From: Acidobacteriota bacterium
Lineage (GTDB): Bacteria > Acidobacteriota > Terriglobia > Bryobacterales > Bryobacteraceae
Assembly (NCBI GenBank): GCA_003223115.1
Contig: QHXW01000041.1
Span: 972-64,971 of the forward strand
Direction of reading: 5' to 3'
DNA length: 64,000 bases
Below the pieces are notes generated by a model. The model was not told the origin of the DNA. It made no database searches and saw only the letters and a list, made by a program, of their open reading frames with translations. Of this stretch, positions 52,941 through 60,772 are shown piece after piece (the stretch's first letter is position 1; every line of letters begins with the position of its first letter). Made by a program: the position numbers and the translations under genes.

Positions 52941-55574
52941 GTGTGGCATAGATTTAAGAAGAACCGGCCATCTCCTGGCGCCGTTGCACCCGCTTTGAAT
53001 GGGCCCGCTCTCAGTACTGGAGTGGAGGCCAGCGTCCGGCAACTGATCGCCAACGGCAAACATAAGGTCGCGGTCGAAACCGCTAAGGAGCTTCACAAGG
53101 CGCAGGCCACAGCCGCCTCCGAAGCGCTGCTGGTGGATGCGTACGCCGCGCGGATTCAATCGCTCATCGATCAGAATCTGGCGGCGGAGGCAAAGGCTCT
53201 GCTGGAGTTGGTGCGTGAGCGCTACCCGTCTGCGCGGGAGCGGCTGAATGGGCGCAACGGCTCCGCCGGAATGCACGCCGGCCGGCTCGAGGATCTGGTG
53301 CGGCCGCTGAACGATCCGGAGCTAAGCGCAGAACGCCGCGCCGCCATCGAAGCAGCCGTCGCGCGCGAGGCTGGTGACCTCGCGTCGCTGGTGGAGTGTG
53401 CCGCATTGCCCCCGGAACATCCTCTGCGCAAGGCCGCATCCGCATTGCAGCGCGCGTTCCTCGCCGTGACTGGAGGGCCCGTTGGCGAGGAGGCGGTCGA
53501 ACTGCCGGAGGTCTCGCACCGCAGCCCCCTGGCGCCCTGGAAACTGCTAGTGCGCGCCATCGCCTGCTTCTATCGGAGGGAGGACGAAGCATGCCGGCGA
53601 TACCTGGAAGCCATCAAGCCGGAAGCCGCGGCGGCGCGGCTGGTTCCGGCGATGCAGGCGATGCTCGGCGGCAAACCGACGGGGCTGACGCCCGCGGCTG
53701 CCGCGCTGGTATCGTCAACAACCTCCAGTCCCGCGGTGCTGCGGAAGGCACTGGAGGCATTGGAGGTGGCTTTCGACTCGCACAAAGACGGGTCCATTCT
53801 CAAAGGCATCCGCGAAGCCGTGCGGGCGTGCCGCGAGGCTGCGCCCGATCAGATCGAGAGACTGAAACAGCACATTTCGGTGCGCAGCGCGCTGGCCAGC
53901 ATGAGCATGGAAAAGGTCAAGGCGGCCATGGGCGAGGCTTCCCGGCACGACGCCTATTTCTTGAGGCTATTCGCGCGTGGGATGGAGGAACTCGGGGACC
54001 CCGAGAACGTCGCGATGGCCTGCGCGACCTGGGATGAGTACCGGCAACACGCGGTGCGCGAAGGATGGTTCACGGCGAACGGCCCGGAAGCCGCCACGCT
54101 CTATCTCCACATGGTGGGTGTGCTGCGAAAGCTGCCTCGCGAATTGCTAGTGGATCTGCAAAAAACCGCCTGCCGGCAAAACAAGAAGTCCGCCGAGGAG
54201 CTGTATTTTCTGTACCCCGAGAAGCTGTATGAACGCGCCTGCGCGCTCGATCCGCATTTCGAATCGTTCTCGCAATGGACGGATTGGGCGAAACGCGGCC
54301 GGGCAGGGACGGCCGAGAGAGTGGCCGAAGCGTGGCACAAGATCCGCCCGATGGATATCGAGCCGATTCTCCTCCTGATGGAAGAGAAGGAGAAGCGAAA
54401 CGCGTTCCATACGGCGCTGCAATATTTGGCTAAGGCTGAGCGCATCGACAGCGTTCATCCCGTCGTGCGCAGAGCGCGGCTGCGTCTGCTGGCGGCGAGC
54501 GCCCTGCGGCACCTCCAGCAGAAAAAACCTAACCTGGCGGAGGAGAAGCTGGCCGAGATGGGGATGCTGCCTCAGTCCCAGCAGGGTGACCGGCCGGCTT
54601 TCCTGGCGGCCTTGCGCTACATGGTCTGCACGGTTCGCGGTGCGAGCGATCGGTCCGCCGCACATCGCGCGGAAGTGGAGCGAGTGCTCGGAAGCAAAGC
54701 GGCTGCGGCCCTGCTGATCTTCGGCGTGGCCAATGCTTCGAAGCAGGGCGCACTCGAGAATCTACCTCCCATCGAGATGCTTGGCAAAACAGAACGCGCC
54801 GCGCTGCCCGAGGCCGTGATTCGCGTAGTCGAGCTGGCCAAGGACATGCAAATGAGCCGGCCGATTCCCAGGGATTGGCTGGCGGAAGCGGCGAAGCAAT
54901 TCCCGCGAAGCAGCCAATCGCTCAATGTGGGCGAGCTTCAGACCCTGGCGGAGGCAGGCTTGTATGCGGAGCAGTTCGAAATGGCTTATGCGGTTTCGGC
55001 GGCCGGGATGGAGCGCGGCGGTCCCACCGTAGCGAGCTTTCTGCTACTGCGTGCACTGTCCTTACCGGGGTACCAGGAAGAGCGAAGGGCCGTTTGCGCC
55101 GTGGCGGCAGCACAGCTTGCGCGCCAGCAGCGCCATATGGACGTGGTCGATAGGGCCGTGGAACTGTTTGCCGATTCCCCTTTCGGCGATATCTCCCTCA
55201 CTCCCGAACAGGCATCCACGGTGGTTCGAAAGGAAACGGCGGAACGGGCGTTCCCCACGGCGCACCGCCCCGGCCCCGACTATAGCGATTTCTTAGGGGC
55301 GGCCTTGTGCAATTGTCCCAAGTGCCGCCGCGCAAGCGGAGAGGCCGTCGGTCCATTCGAAGATTTCGAGGAGGATGATGACGATGTCGACCTTGACGCA
55401 TTTCTCGACGGAATGGAACTCCCGCCGGACATGCCGCCGGAGATCGCGAGAATCCTGCTCGAGGAGACCCAGAAGTCCGCCCAGCGCGGCGAGTCTCTCG
55501 ATTCCCTGCTGAACCGGTTGTTCGGATCGGGGACAGGATTCGGCGGGAGACGCAAGAAAGGCAGGCGGAGATAA
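52941..55574 (+). CDS. 877-aa all-alpha (TPR/HEAT-like) protein of unknown function; first gene of the Hsp70 operon
   Basis: GTG start. Long A/L/E/R-rich helical sequence with no P-loop or other catalytic motif seen. The C-terminus has CNCPKC, an acidic run FEDFEEDDDDVDLDAFLD and a basic tail GGRRKKGRRR. Its stop overlaps the next start (TAATG). Confidence 0.7.
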   Translation: MWHRFKKNRPSPGAVAPALNGPALSTGVEASVRQLIANGKHKVAVETAKELHKAQATAASEALLVDAYAARIQSLIDQNLAAEAKALLELVRERYPSARERLNGRNGSAGMHAGRLEDLVRPLNDPELSAERRAAIEAAVAREAGDLASLVECAALPPEHPLRKAASALQRAFLAVTGGPVGEEAVELPEVSHRSPLAPWKLLVRAIACFYRREDEACRRYLEAIKPEAAAARLVPAMQAMLGGKPTGLTPAAAALVSSTTSSPAVLRKALEALEVAFDSHKDGSILKGIREAVRACREAAPDQIERLKQHISVRSALASMSMEKVKAAMGEASRHDAYFLRLFARGMEELGDPENVAMACATWDEYRQHAVREGWFTANGPEAATLYLHMVGVLRKLPRELLVDLQKTACRQNKKSAEELYFLYPEKLYERACALDPHFESFSQWTDWAKRGRAGTAERVAEAWHKIRPMDIEPILLLMEEKEKRNAFHTALQYLAKAERIDSVHPVVRRARLRLLAASALRHLQQKKPNLAEEKLAEMGMLPQSQQGDRPAFLAALRYMVCTVRGASDRSAAHRAEVERVLGSKAAAALLIFGVANASKQGALENLPPIEMLGKTERAALPEAVIRVVELAKDMQMSRPIPRDWLAEAAKQFPRSSQSLNVGELQTLAEAGLYAEQFEMAYAVSAAGMERGGPTVASFLLLRALSLPGYQEERRAVCAVAAAQLARQQRHMDVVDRAVELFADSPFGDISLTPEQASTVVRKETAERAFPTAHRPGPDYSDFLGAALCNCPKCRRASGEAVGPFEDFEEDDDDVDLDAFLDGMELPPDMPPEIARILLEETQKSAQRGESLDSLLNRLFGSGTGFGGRRKKGRRR

Positions 55575-55858
55575 TGGAACCCAGAGAAGTACTGGGCATC
55601 AACCAGGATGCCGGCGAAGAAGAGATCCGCACCGCTTATGTGCGCAAGGTGAAGGAACATCCGCCGGACCGGTCGCCGGAGGAGTTCGAGCGTATTCGCG
55701 ATGCTTATGATAGCCTGCGTGATCCCCGCCGGCGCATGCGGGACAGGCTGCTTTCCGTCGATCCGTTTGCACCGTTTGTATCCGTTATCGAGCTCAAGGT
55801 GCGGGAGCGCCGGTTCGCCGGGCCGCAGCCGTGGCTGGAGGTTCTGAAAGGAAAGTGA
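55574..55858 (+). CDS. Minimal J-domain protein (94 aa) with HPPD in place of HPD
   Basis: EVLGINQDAGEEEIRTAYVRKVKEHPPDRSPEEFERIRDAYDSLRD matches J-domain helices I-III. There is no G/F, zinc-finger or client-binding domain. Confidence 0.8.
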   Translation: MEPREVLGINQDAGEEEIRTAYVRKVKEHPPDRSPEEFERIRDAYDSLRDPRRRMRDRLLSVDPFAPFVSVIELKVRERRFAGPQPWLEVLKGK

Positions 55859-55865
55859 TCGGGGG

Positions 55866-56585
55866 ATGAACCGGGAGGAGATCCTGCGGCGCTTTGAGGA
55901 ATGGTTGGACGGCGCGCTCGCCGCCGAGGAGCCGCCGCGCGGGGTCGACGCGGAAATTCTGGCGGCAATGGCAGGAGACAGCGAGGACGGGGCGCGCCCG
56001 GTGCCAAACGCCGCTTACTCATTGTGGGCGGCCATGACGGCGCTTACGCAGGAAGTCAAGCTGCAGGGAAGGTCCTTCAAGGAATTGAACGACACGCTTG
56101 GCTCGCAGGCGAACCGGATGGCTGAACGCGAGCGCGACCTGCTGCGTGAGACCGAGCGCCGCTGCCGCAAGGAAATCCTTGGCGTCCTGATCGATCTGCG
56201 CGACCGGCTGGGGCGCGGCCTGGAATCGGTGCGGGCAAGCGAGGCGGGGATCTCGAAGGCCGCCTGGCGAGGCTGGCACGTGCGCATCTTCTCGCGGCCA
56301 GGCGAGGATGCCGTAGGCGCCACGCTCGCAGCCTTGAGGAAAGGGTACGAGCTGGGGCTCGATCGACTGGATCAAACCCTGGAGGAATTCAACACGCGCG
56401 AAATTCCCTGTGAGGGGCACGCGTTCGATCCGCGGCGGATGAACGCCATCGATCGCCAGGAATCGGGCGCCGTTCCCGAAGGCACGGTGATCGAGGTTTA
56501 CCGCAGCGGTTACGAATGGAATGGAGAAGTGTTTCGACCGGCGCAGGTGAAGGTTTCGTGTGCGCCGGCGGGAGAAAGAAAATGA
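55866..56585 (+). CDS. GrpE-like nucleotide-exchange factor
   Basis: Long helical N-terminal half followed by a GrpE beta-domain signature (GHAFDPRRMNAI...GTVIEVYRSGYEWNGEVFRPAQVKVS). A GGGGG run precedes the ATG. The stop overlaps the Hsp70 start (ATGA). Confidence 0.8.
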   Translation: MNREEILRRFEEWLDGALAAEEPPRGVDAEILAAMAGDSEDGARPVPNAAYSLWAAMTALTQEVKLQGRSFKELNDTLGSQANRMAERERDLLRETERRCRKEILGVLIDLRDRLGRGLESVRASEAGISKAAWRGWHVRIFSRPGEDAVGATLAALRKGYELGLDRLDQTLEEFNTREIPCEGHAFDPRRMNAIDRQESGAVPEGTVIEVYRSGYEWNGEVFRPAQVKVSCAPAGERK

Positions 56586-58399
56586 GTGATCTAATTGCCG
56601 GTATCGACTTAGGGACCACGAATTCGGAGATCGCCGCGTTCGCCGGCGGCCAGGTGCGAGTGCTCGGGCCAGGAGATACGCGCATGCTGCCCTCCTGCGT
56701 AGGATTTTCGCCAGCGGGAGAACTGCTGGTGGGCGAGGCGGCGCGCAACCAGCAGGCGCTTTATCCCGAGCGCACTGTGCGCAGCATCAAGCGCAAGATG
56801 GGCAGCGAGGAAAAAGTGCGCGTGGGCAGCAAGGATTTTCTGCCACAGGAGATCTCCGCGCTCATCCTGCGCGAACTCGCGGAGTGGGCTCACCGCGCGC
56901 TGGGCGAGCGCCCACAGAGGGCCGTGATCACCGTGCCAGCCTACTTTTCGGATCCGCAGCGGAATGCCACGCGCGAGGCCGGCGCGCTGGCCGGGCTGGA
57001 AGTGGTGCGCATTCTCAACGAGCCTACGGCGGCCAGTCTGGCCTACGGCTACGGGGACGGATCGCCGCACACGGTGCTCATTTACGACCTCGGCGGCGGC
57101 ACCTTCGATGTCTCGGTGGTGACGGTGGAGGGCGACATCACCGAGGTGCTGGCGAGCCACGGCAACAACCACCTCGGCGGCGACGACTTCGATGATCTGC
57201 TTACAGAGCGGCTGGCGGCGGAGTTTGAAAAGCAGCACGGCGTCGATGTCCGCCAGGGACATCCGGCGGCGAAGGCACGGCTCTGGTGGGCGGCGGAAGA
57301 AGCCAAGAAGAAACTGAGCTTCGAACCGTACGTCAAGGTCCGCGAGGAGGCGCTGCTCACCCGGCTCTTCCGGCCCCTGCATCTCGAAGTGGAAATTTCG
57401 CGCGACGAATATGAAGGCATGATTCGTCCGCTGGTGGAATCCACGCTCGACAGCGTGTCCAAAGCGCTGCAGGATTCCGGGAAGAAGCCGGGCGACATGG
57501 ATGCGATTCTGCTGGTCGGCGGCTCCACGCGCACGCCGCTGGTCTCCAGCCTGCTCATCGAAAACATCGGTTTGGAGCCCCGGCAGGACGTGCATCCGGA
57601 TCTCGCCGTGGCGCTGGGCGCCGGGGTCATGGCGTCGCGCCTCGCCGGGCGCGCCGTGGAACGCGTGCTGGTGGACGTTTCGCCATACTCCTTCGGCGTC
57701 TCATATCTCGGCGACCGCGGCGGATATCCCTATCCGCACTGTTACAAGCCGATTATCCGGCGAAATACGCCGCTGCCTTTGACGCGCACCGAGCAGTACA
57801 TGACCAGCCACCCCTATCAAACCGAGGTGGATGTCCACGTATATCAGGGCGACGATGAGGACGCGCTGAAGAACATCCTGGTTGGGGATTTTCGCGTCGA
57901 AGGCCTGACCGCGATGGAGGATGCAAACGAGATTCTCTGTCGTATGCGCCTCGATCTGGACGGCATTCTGGAGGTCGCGGCGGTGGAGAAGCGGACCGGT
58001 AAGTCGAAGCAAATCCGGATCGCCAATGCGCTGCGTGCGAAGAGCGCCGAGGAGATCGCGGCGGGGCGGGAGCAGATTCAGGAGTTGTACGAGACGCGCG
58101 GCGAGATGGTGGGCGATGCGTGGGAGACGGCAGAAGATCTCGAAGAAGAAGTGGTGGATGGGGGCGCTCAGGTGGTCGAAATGCCTGCTCCAGTGCGCGC
58201 GGACGGCGACGCGGAAATAGAGAGCCTGCTGGAGCGTTCACACTGGCTGCTCGCGAAGATGCATGCGGAAGACCGCGAAGAGGCGATCGACCTGCACGAG
58301 AAAATCGATACGGCCGCGGCATCCGGGGACGTGGCGGCGTTGAAGGAGGCTAGCGGCGCGCTGAAGGAGTTGCTCTTCTTCGTCGAGGGCCAGAATTGA
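56582..58399 (+). CDS. Hsp70-family ATPase chaperone (DnaK/HscC-like paralogue), full NBD + SBD + lid
   Basis: IDLGTTNS, ITVPAYF, NEPTAA, DLGGGTFDVS and VGGSTRTP nucleotide-binding motifs. SBD-beta region VDVSPYSFGV. Acidic helical C-terminus without EEVD. Confidence 0.9.
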   Translation: MSDLIAGIDLGTTNSEIAAFAGGQVRVLGPGDTRMLPSCVGFSPAGELLVGEAARNQQALYPERTVRSIKRKMGSEEKVRVGSKDFLPQEISALILRELAEWAHRALGERPQRAVITVPAYFSDPQRNATREAGALAGLEVVRILNEPTAASLAYGYGDGSPHTVLIYDLGGGTFDVSVVTVEGDITEVLASHGNNHLGGDDFDDLLTERLAAEFEKQHGVDVRQGHPAAKARLWWAAEEAKKKLSFEPYVKVREEALLTRLFRPLHLEVEISRDEYEGMIRPLVESTLDSVSKALQDSGKKPGDMDAILLVGGSTRTPLVSSLLIENIGLEPRQDVHPDLAVALGAGVMASRLAGRAVERVLVDVSPYSFGVSYLGDRGGYPYPHCYKPIIRRNTPLPLTRTEQYMTSHPYQTEVDVHVYQGDDEDALKNILVGDFRVEGLTAMEDANEILCRMRLDLDGILEVAAVEKRTGKSKQIRIANALRAKSAEEIAAGREQIQELYETRGEMVGDAWETAEDLEEEVVDGGAQVVEMPAPVRADGDAEIESLLERSHWLLAKMHAEDREEAIDLHEKIDTAAASGDVAALKEASGALKELLFFVEGQN

Positions 58400-58830
58400 C
58401 CCGATCCGTTCGAGTGGCGCACGCGCTCGTGCGCGCCGCGTCGACATTCTTGTCGACACTGGTGCGACGCCCTCCGAAGACCCCCTCTAGCAGGGTACCG
58501 GACATACCACGAACGACTCTTTCCTCGGGATTGCGCAGCGCCGGCGTCGAGAACCGGTGCCCCGTCTGCCAGGCGCGTTTTCGCGGCGCGCGCATCTGCT
58601 CACGTTGCGGCGCCGACCTGGAGCCCCTGATGTTGCTGGCTGTGAAGGCTTGGCAATTGCGTCAAGCAGCCAGGCAGGCGCTGGAGGCCGGGAACGTGGA
58701 GCGGGCTCTCGGGTTCGCCATCGAGGCGCAAGGCATCCAAGGCACCGACGGCGGAGAGGCGTTACGTTTGCTGGGCGCGTGGTTGAAGACCGTATGCGGG
58801 TCGTCATCCTGTTGCTCCTCGCCGCGGTAG
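58396..58830 (+). CDS. Zinc-ribbon protein with C-terminal helical hairpin; last gene of the Hsp70 operon
   Basis: CPVCQARFRGARICSRCG (CxxC-N10-CxxC), then a TPR-like helix pair. The TTG at 58396 overlaps the Hsp70 stop. A TTG at 58531 is an alternative start, because the N-terminal ~45 aa look non-proteinaceous. Confidence 0.5.
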   Translation: MTRSVRVAHALVRAASTFLSTLVRRPPKTPSSRVPDIPRTTLSSGLRSAGVENRCPVCQARFRGARICSRCGADLEPLMLLAVKAWQLRQAARQALEAGNVERALGFAIEAQGIQGTDGGEALRLLGAWLKTVCGSSSCCSSPR

Positions 58831-58962
58831 CCTGCCTCGGGGCGGATATCCGCCGGAGCACTCACCAAGAATGTCGGCCCCCACTTACACCAAAACGCGT
58901 ACCGCAACGAAAACTGCACCTGAATTGATCTGCCCCGCGTTGATGCGGGCCGATGCTTCCAG

Positions 58963-59176
58963 GTGTCTTCCGATGAACTCAAGGCCGCCGTCTTCCTTTT
59001 CTACAGCCTACTTGACGAGCAGCAGCGTCGCCTGTTTGCCGGTCTGCAGTCCACGAAGCTGGGACACGGCGGCGATAGGCATTCTGGCTGAACTGCTGGG
59101 CCTGGATCCGCACACCGTCGTCCGCGGACATCGGCAACTGCTCAATCAGAATGTAACGACTGGGCGCTGTGGGTAG
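58963..59176 (+). mobile_element. N-terminal fragment of a transposase (ISAzo13-like HTH region), frameshifted
   Basis: LLDEQQRRLFAGLQSTKLGHGGDR in one frame, then IAELLGLDPHTVVRGHRQLL in another. No catalytic domain follows. Confidence 0.45.
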
Positions 59177-59353
59177 TTCGCCAATATTCAGTCCGAGGCC
59201 ATAGCATTGCTGTTCAGAGCGCTAGCGCTAGCAGCTCTGGAAATTCTCGGGTTCAGGCAAAGCAGGATCACGTGCAAGGTTTTTGGGCGGAATTTCATCT
59301 ACTTGGCTTGATGTTTTCCTTAATGCTGCGCGCGGAAATGATTGAAAAAGATA

Positions 59354-59411
59354 TGGTGGGCGCGCACGGACTCGAACCGTGGCCCTCCTGCGTGTGAAGC
59401 AGGCGCGCAAT
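59354..59411 (-). pseudogene. tRNA-Val(CAC) 3' fragment, second copy with a different T stem
   Basis: The reverse complement reads GCGC-G-CCTGC-TTCACAC-GCAGG-AGGGC-CACGG-TTCGAGT-CCGTG-CGCGCCC-A-CCA. No 5' half is present. Confidence 0.7.
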
Positions 59412-59643
59412 TAATGCATTATAGATTCTACAGCCCTTACATGCGCGTAGTTGACGTATTAGGCGTTCGGGCCGCCAAATTTCCGCCCAAAACTCCGCCC
59501 AAAAAAGTTTGGGCGGAAAATGCTGCACGGCGAAATACTCACGGCACGCTGAGTTCTGATTGCGACCTTGCCGGATCTTTAGGGCGCTTGCGTGGCGGGC
59601 ACCGCAGTGCGCCAATCCGGAGGCCCGTTCCCGCCTCGCCATT

Positions 59644-59672
59644 TTGCAATTTCGCAACTTTGCGAATAGACT
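59644..59672 (+). promoter_or_regulatory. Putative promoter/operator for TA copy 2
   Basis: Identical TTGCAA-N17-TAGACT, with the TTCGCAA-CT-TTGCGAA palindrome at 59651-59666. Confidence 0.45.
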
Positions 59673-59681
59673 GGATTTCGA

Positions 59682-60049
59682 GTGCCCAGAACGAGAGTGG
59701 TCCTCTACCGGGAGGAAGACGGATCGAGCCCGTTCCTTGAGTGGTCAGCAAATTATCGGCGAAAGTGCAGGACAAGTGCTATCTCCGATTGGACCGACTA
59801 CGGGAAATGGGCCACGAACTGCGGCGGCCCGAAGCCGACCTCTTGCGCGACGGGATTTACGAACTGCGGGTCAGCCTGCAGGGGGTGCATCACCGGGTTC
59901 TGTATTTCTTCCATGGGACGGTTGCCGCAGTGGTCTCGCGCGGCCTTGTGAAAGAGCGGGTAGTCCCGCCGAAGGAAATCGATCGTGCTGTCGAGCGCAA
60001 GAAGCGGTTCGAAGCGAATCCGCAGAAGCACACTTACGAGGAGGCTTGA
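59682..60049 (+). pseudogene. RelE/ParE-superfamily toxin (Gp49/HigB-2-like), copy 2, frameshifted at a different site
   Basis: The N-terminus VPRTRVVLYREEDGSSPFLEW is in frame. A 1-nt deletion near 59745 (GAGTGGTCA versus GAGTGGTTCA in copy 1) shifts the rest (ORF 59741-60049). Confidence 0.65.
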
Positions 60050-60050
60050 T

Positions 60051-60371
60051 ATGGCAAAAAGGTCGAAACCAACCGGTGATGCAGTGGAGATCCTGCACCG
60101 CCGCTTCTACGCAGGCAGGCCGAGTCGGCTAAAGAAGCTTGAAGAAGCGCGGGCGAACGAAGAGATCGCCCGCAAAATCCGCGCATTGCGCACAGCGGCA
60201 GGCCACACTCAATCTCAACTTGCCAAGCTCATCGGTACCACGGCATCGGTCATCTGCCGCCTTGAAGACGCGGATTACGAAGGCCATTCCCTGGCAATGC
60301 TGCGAAGGATCGGCGGCGCACTGAATCAGAGAGTCGAGATACGGTTCGTCCCGATGCGGCGCTCGGCATAG
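60051..60371 (+). CDS. XRE-family HTH antitoxin, copy 2 (apparently intact, 106 aa)
   Basis: The ATG lies 1 nt after the toxin stop and is preceded by GAGGAGG. HTH region RALRTAAGHTQSQLAKLIGTTASVICRLE. Confidence 0.7.
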   Translation: MAKRSKPTGDAVEILHRRFYAGRPSRLKKLEEARANEEIARKIRALRTAAGHTQSQLAKLIGTTASVICRLEDADYEGHSLAMLRRIGGALNQRVEIRFVPMRRSA

Positions 60372-60391
60372 CAGAACTGGTCCCGGACAGA

Positions 60392-60638
60392 TCAGACCTC
60401 GGCAGGCCGTAGAACACGAAAGCGGCCGCCGGATCCGCGCGGTCCGTCGCGAAACAGAAGCCCTGGCTTCCAAGCCAACAGAAGCCCGTCACAAACAGCA
60501 TGCCATTCGCCTCCGTTAGCTTCGTCCGCCCTGCGGAAAATAGGGCGTGCGGCCCGCGGTTGGTGCCCATGCGGAAAGCAGATCGGGAGCCACCGCGACA
60601 TAGCCGGCTTCGGCGAGCTGATCGGCCAGATCCTGAAC
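60392..60638 (-). pseudogene. Dienelactone-hydrolase-family fragment, copy 2
   Basis: ADQLAEAGYVAVAPDL and VTGFCWLGSQGF...AAAFVFYG are in different frames on the minus strand. Confidence 0.45.
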
Positions 60639-60772
60639 AGGCTCACTTCGAGGCGGTTCAGTGCGATCCGGTCTTCAAGACTGCGCACGTCGTAGACGGG
60701 TAGGTTTTCGTCGAGACTCTGAACCTCCCGGCGAAATGCTTTCACGAGGTGGCCGGTGGGACGCGAGTGCAT
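60638..60772 (-). pseudogene. Short fragment of a MacB-like/ADOP permease periplasmic domain
   Basis: HLVKAFRREVQSLDENLPVYDVRSLEDRIA is the conserved segment that precedes the FtsX helices. Confidence 0.4.

Larger units (their letters stand above)
59354..60638. repeat. Direct repeat copy 2 (tRNA-Val 3' fragment + TA pair + hydrolase fragment)
   Basis: Same order and orientation as 51351-52607 and separated from it by 6,746 bp. Confidence 0.85.

Noticed and set aside
56609-57595. 328-aa ORF antisense to the Hsp70 gene, along with many other long ORFs on both strands between 52.9 and 58.9 kb
   Set aside because: Their translations are Arg/Ala/Gly/Pro-rich nonsense typical of stop-poor frames in high-GC DNA. 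The sense frame carries unmistakable Hsp70 motifs.
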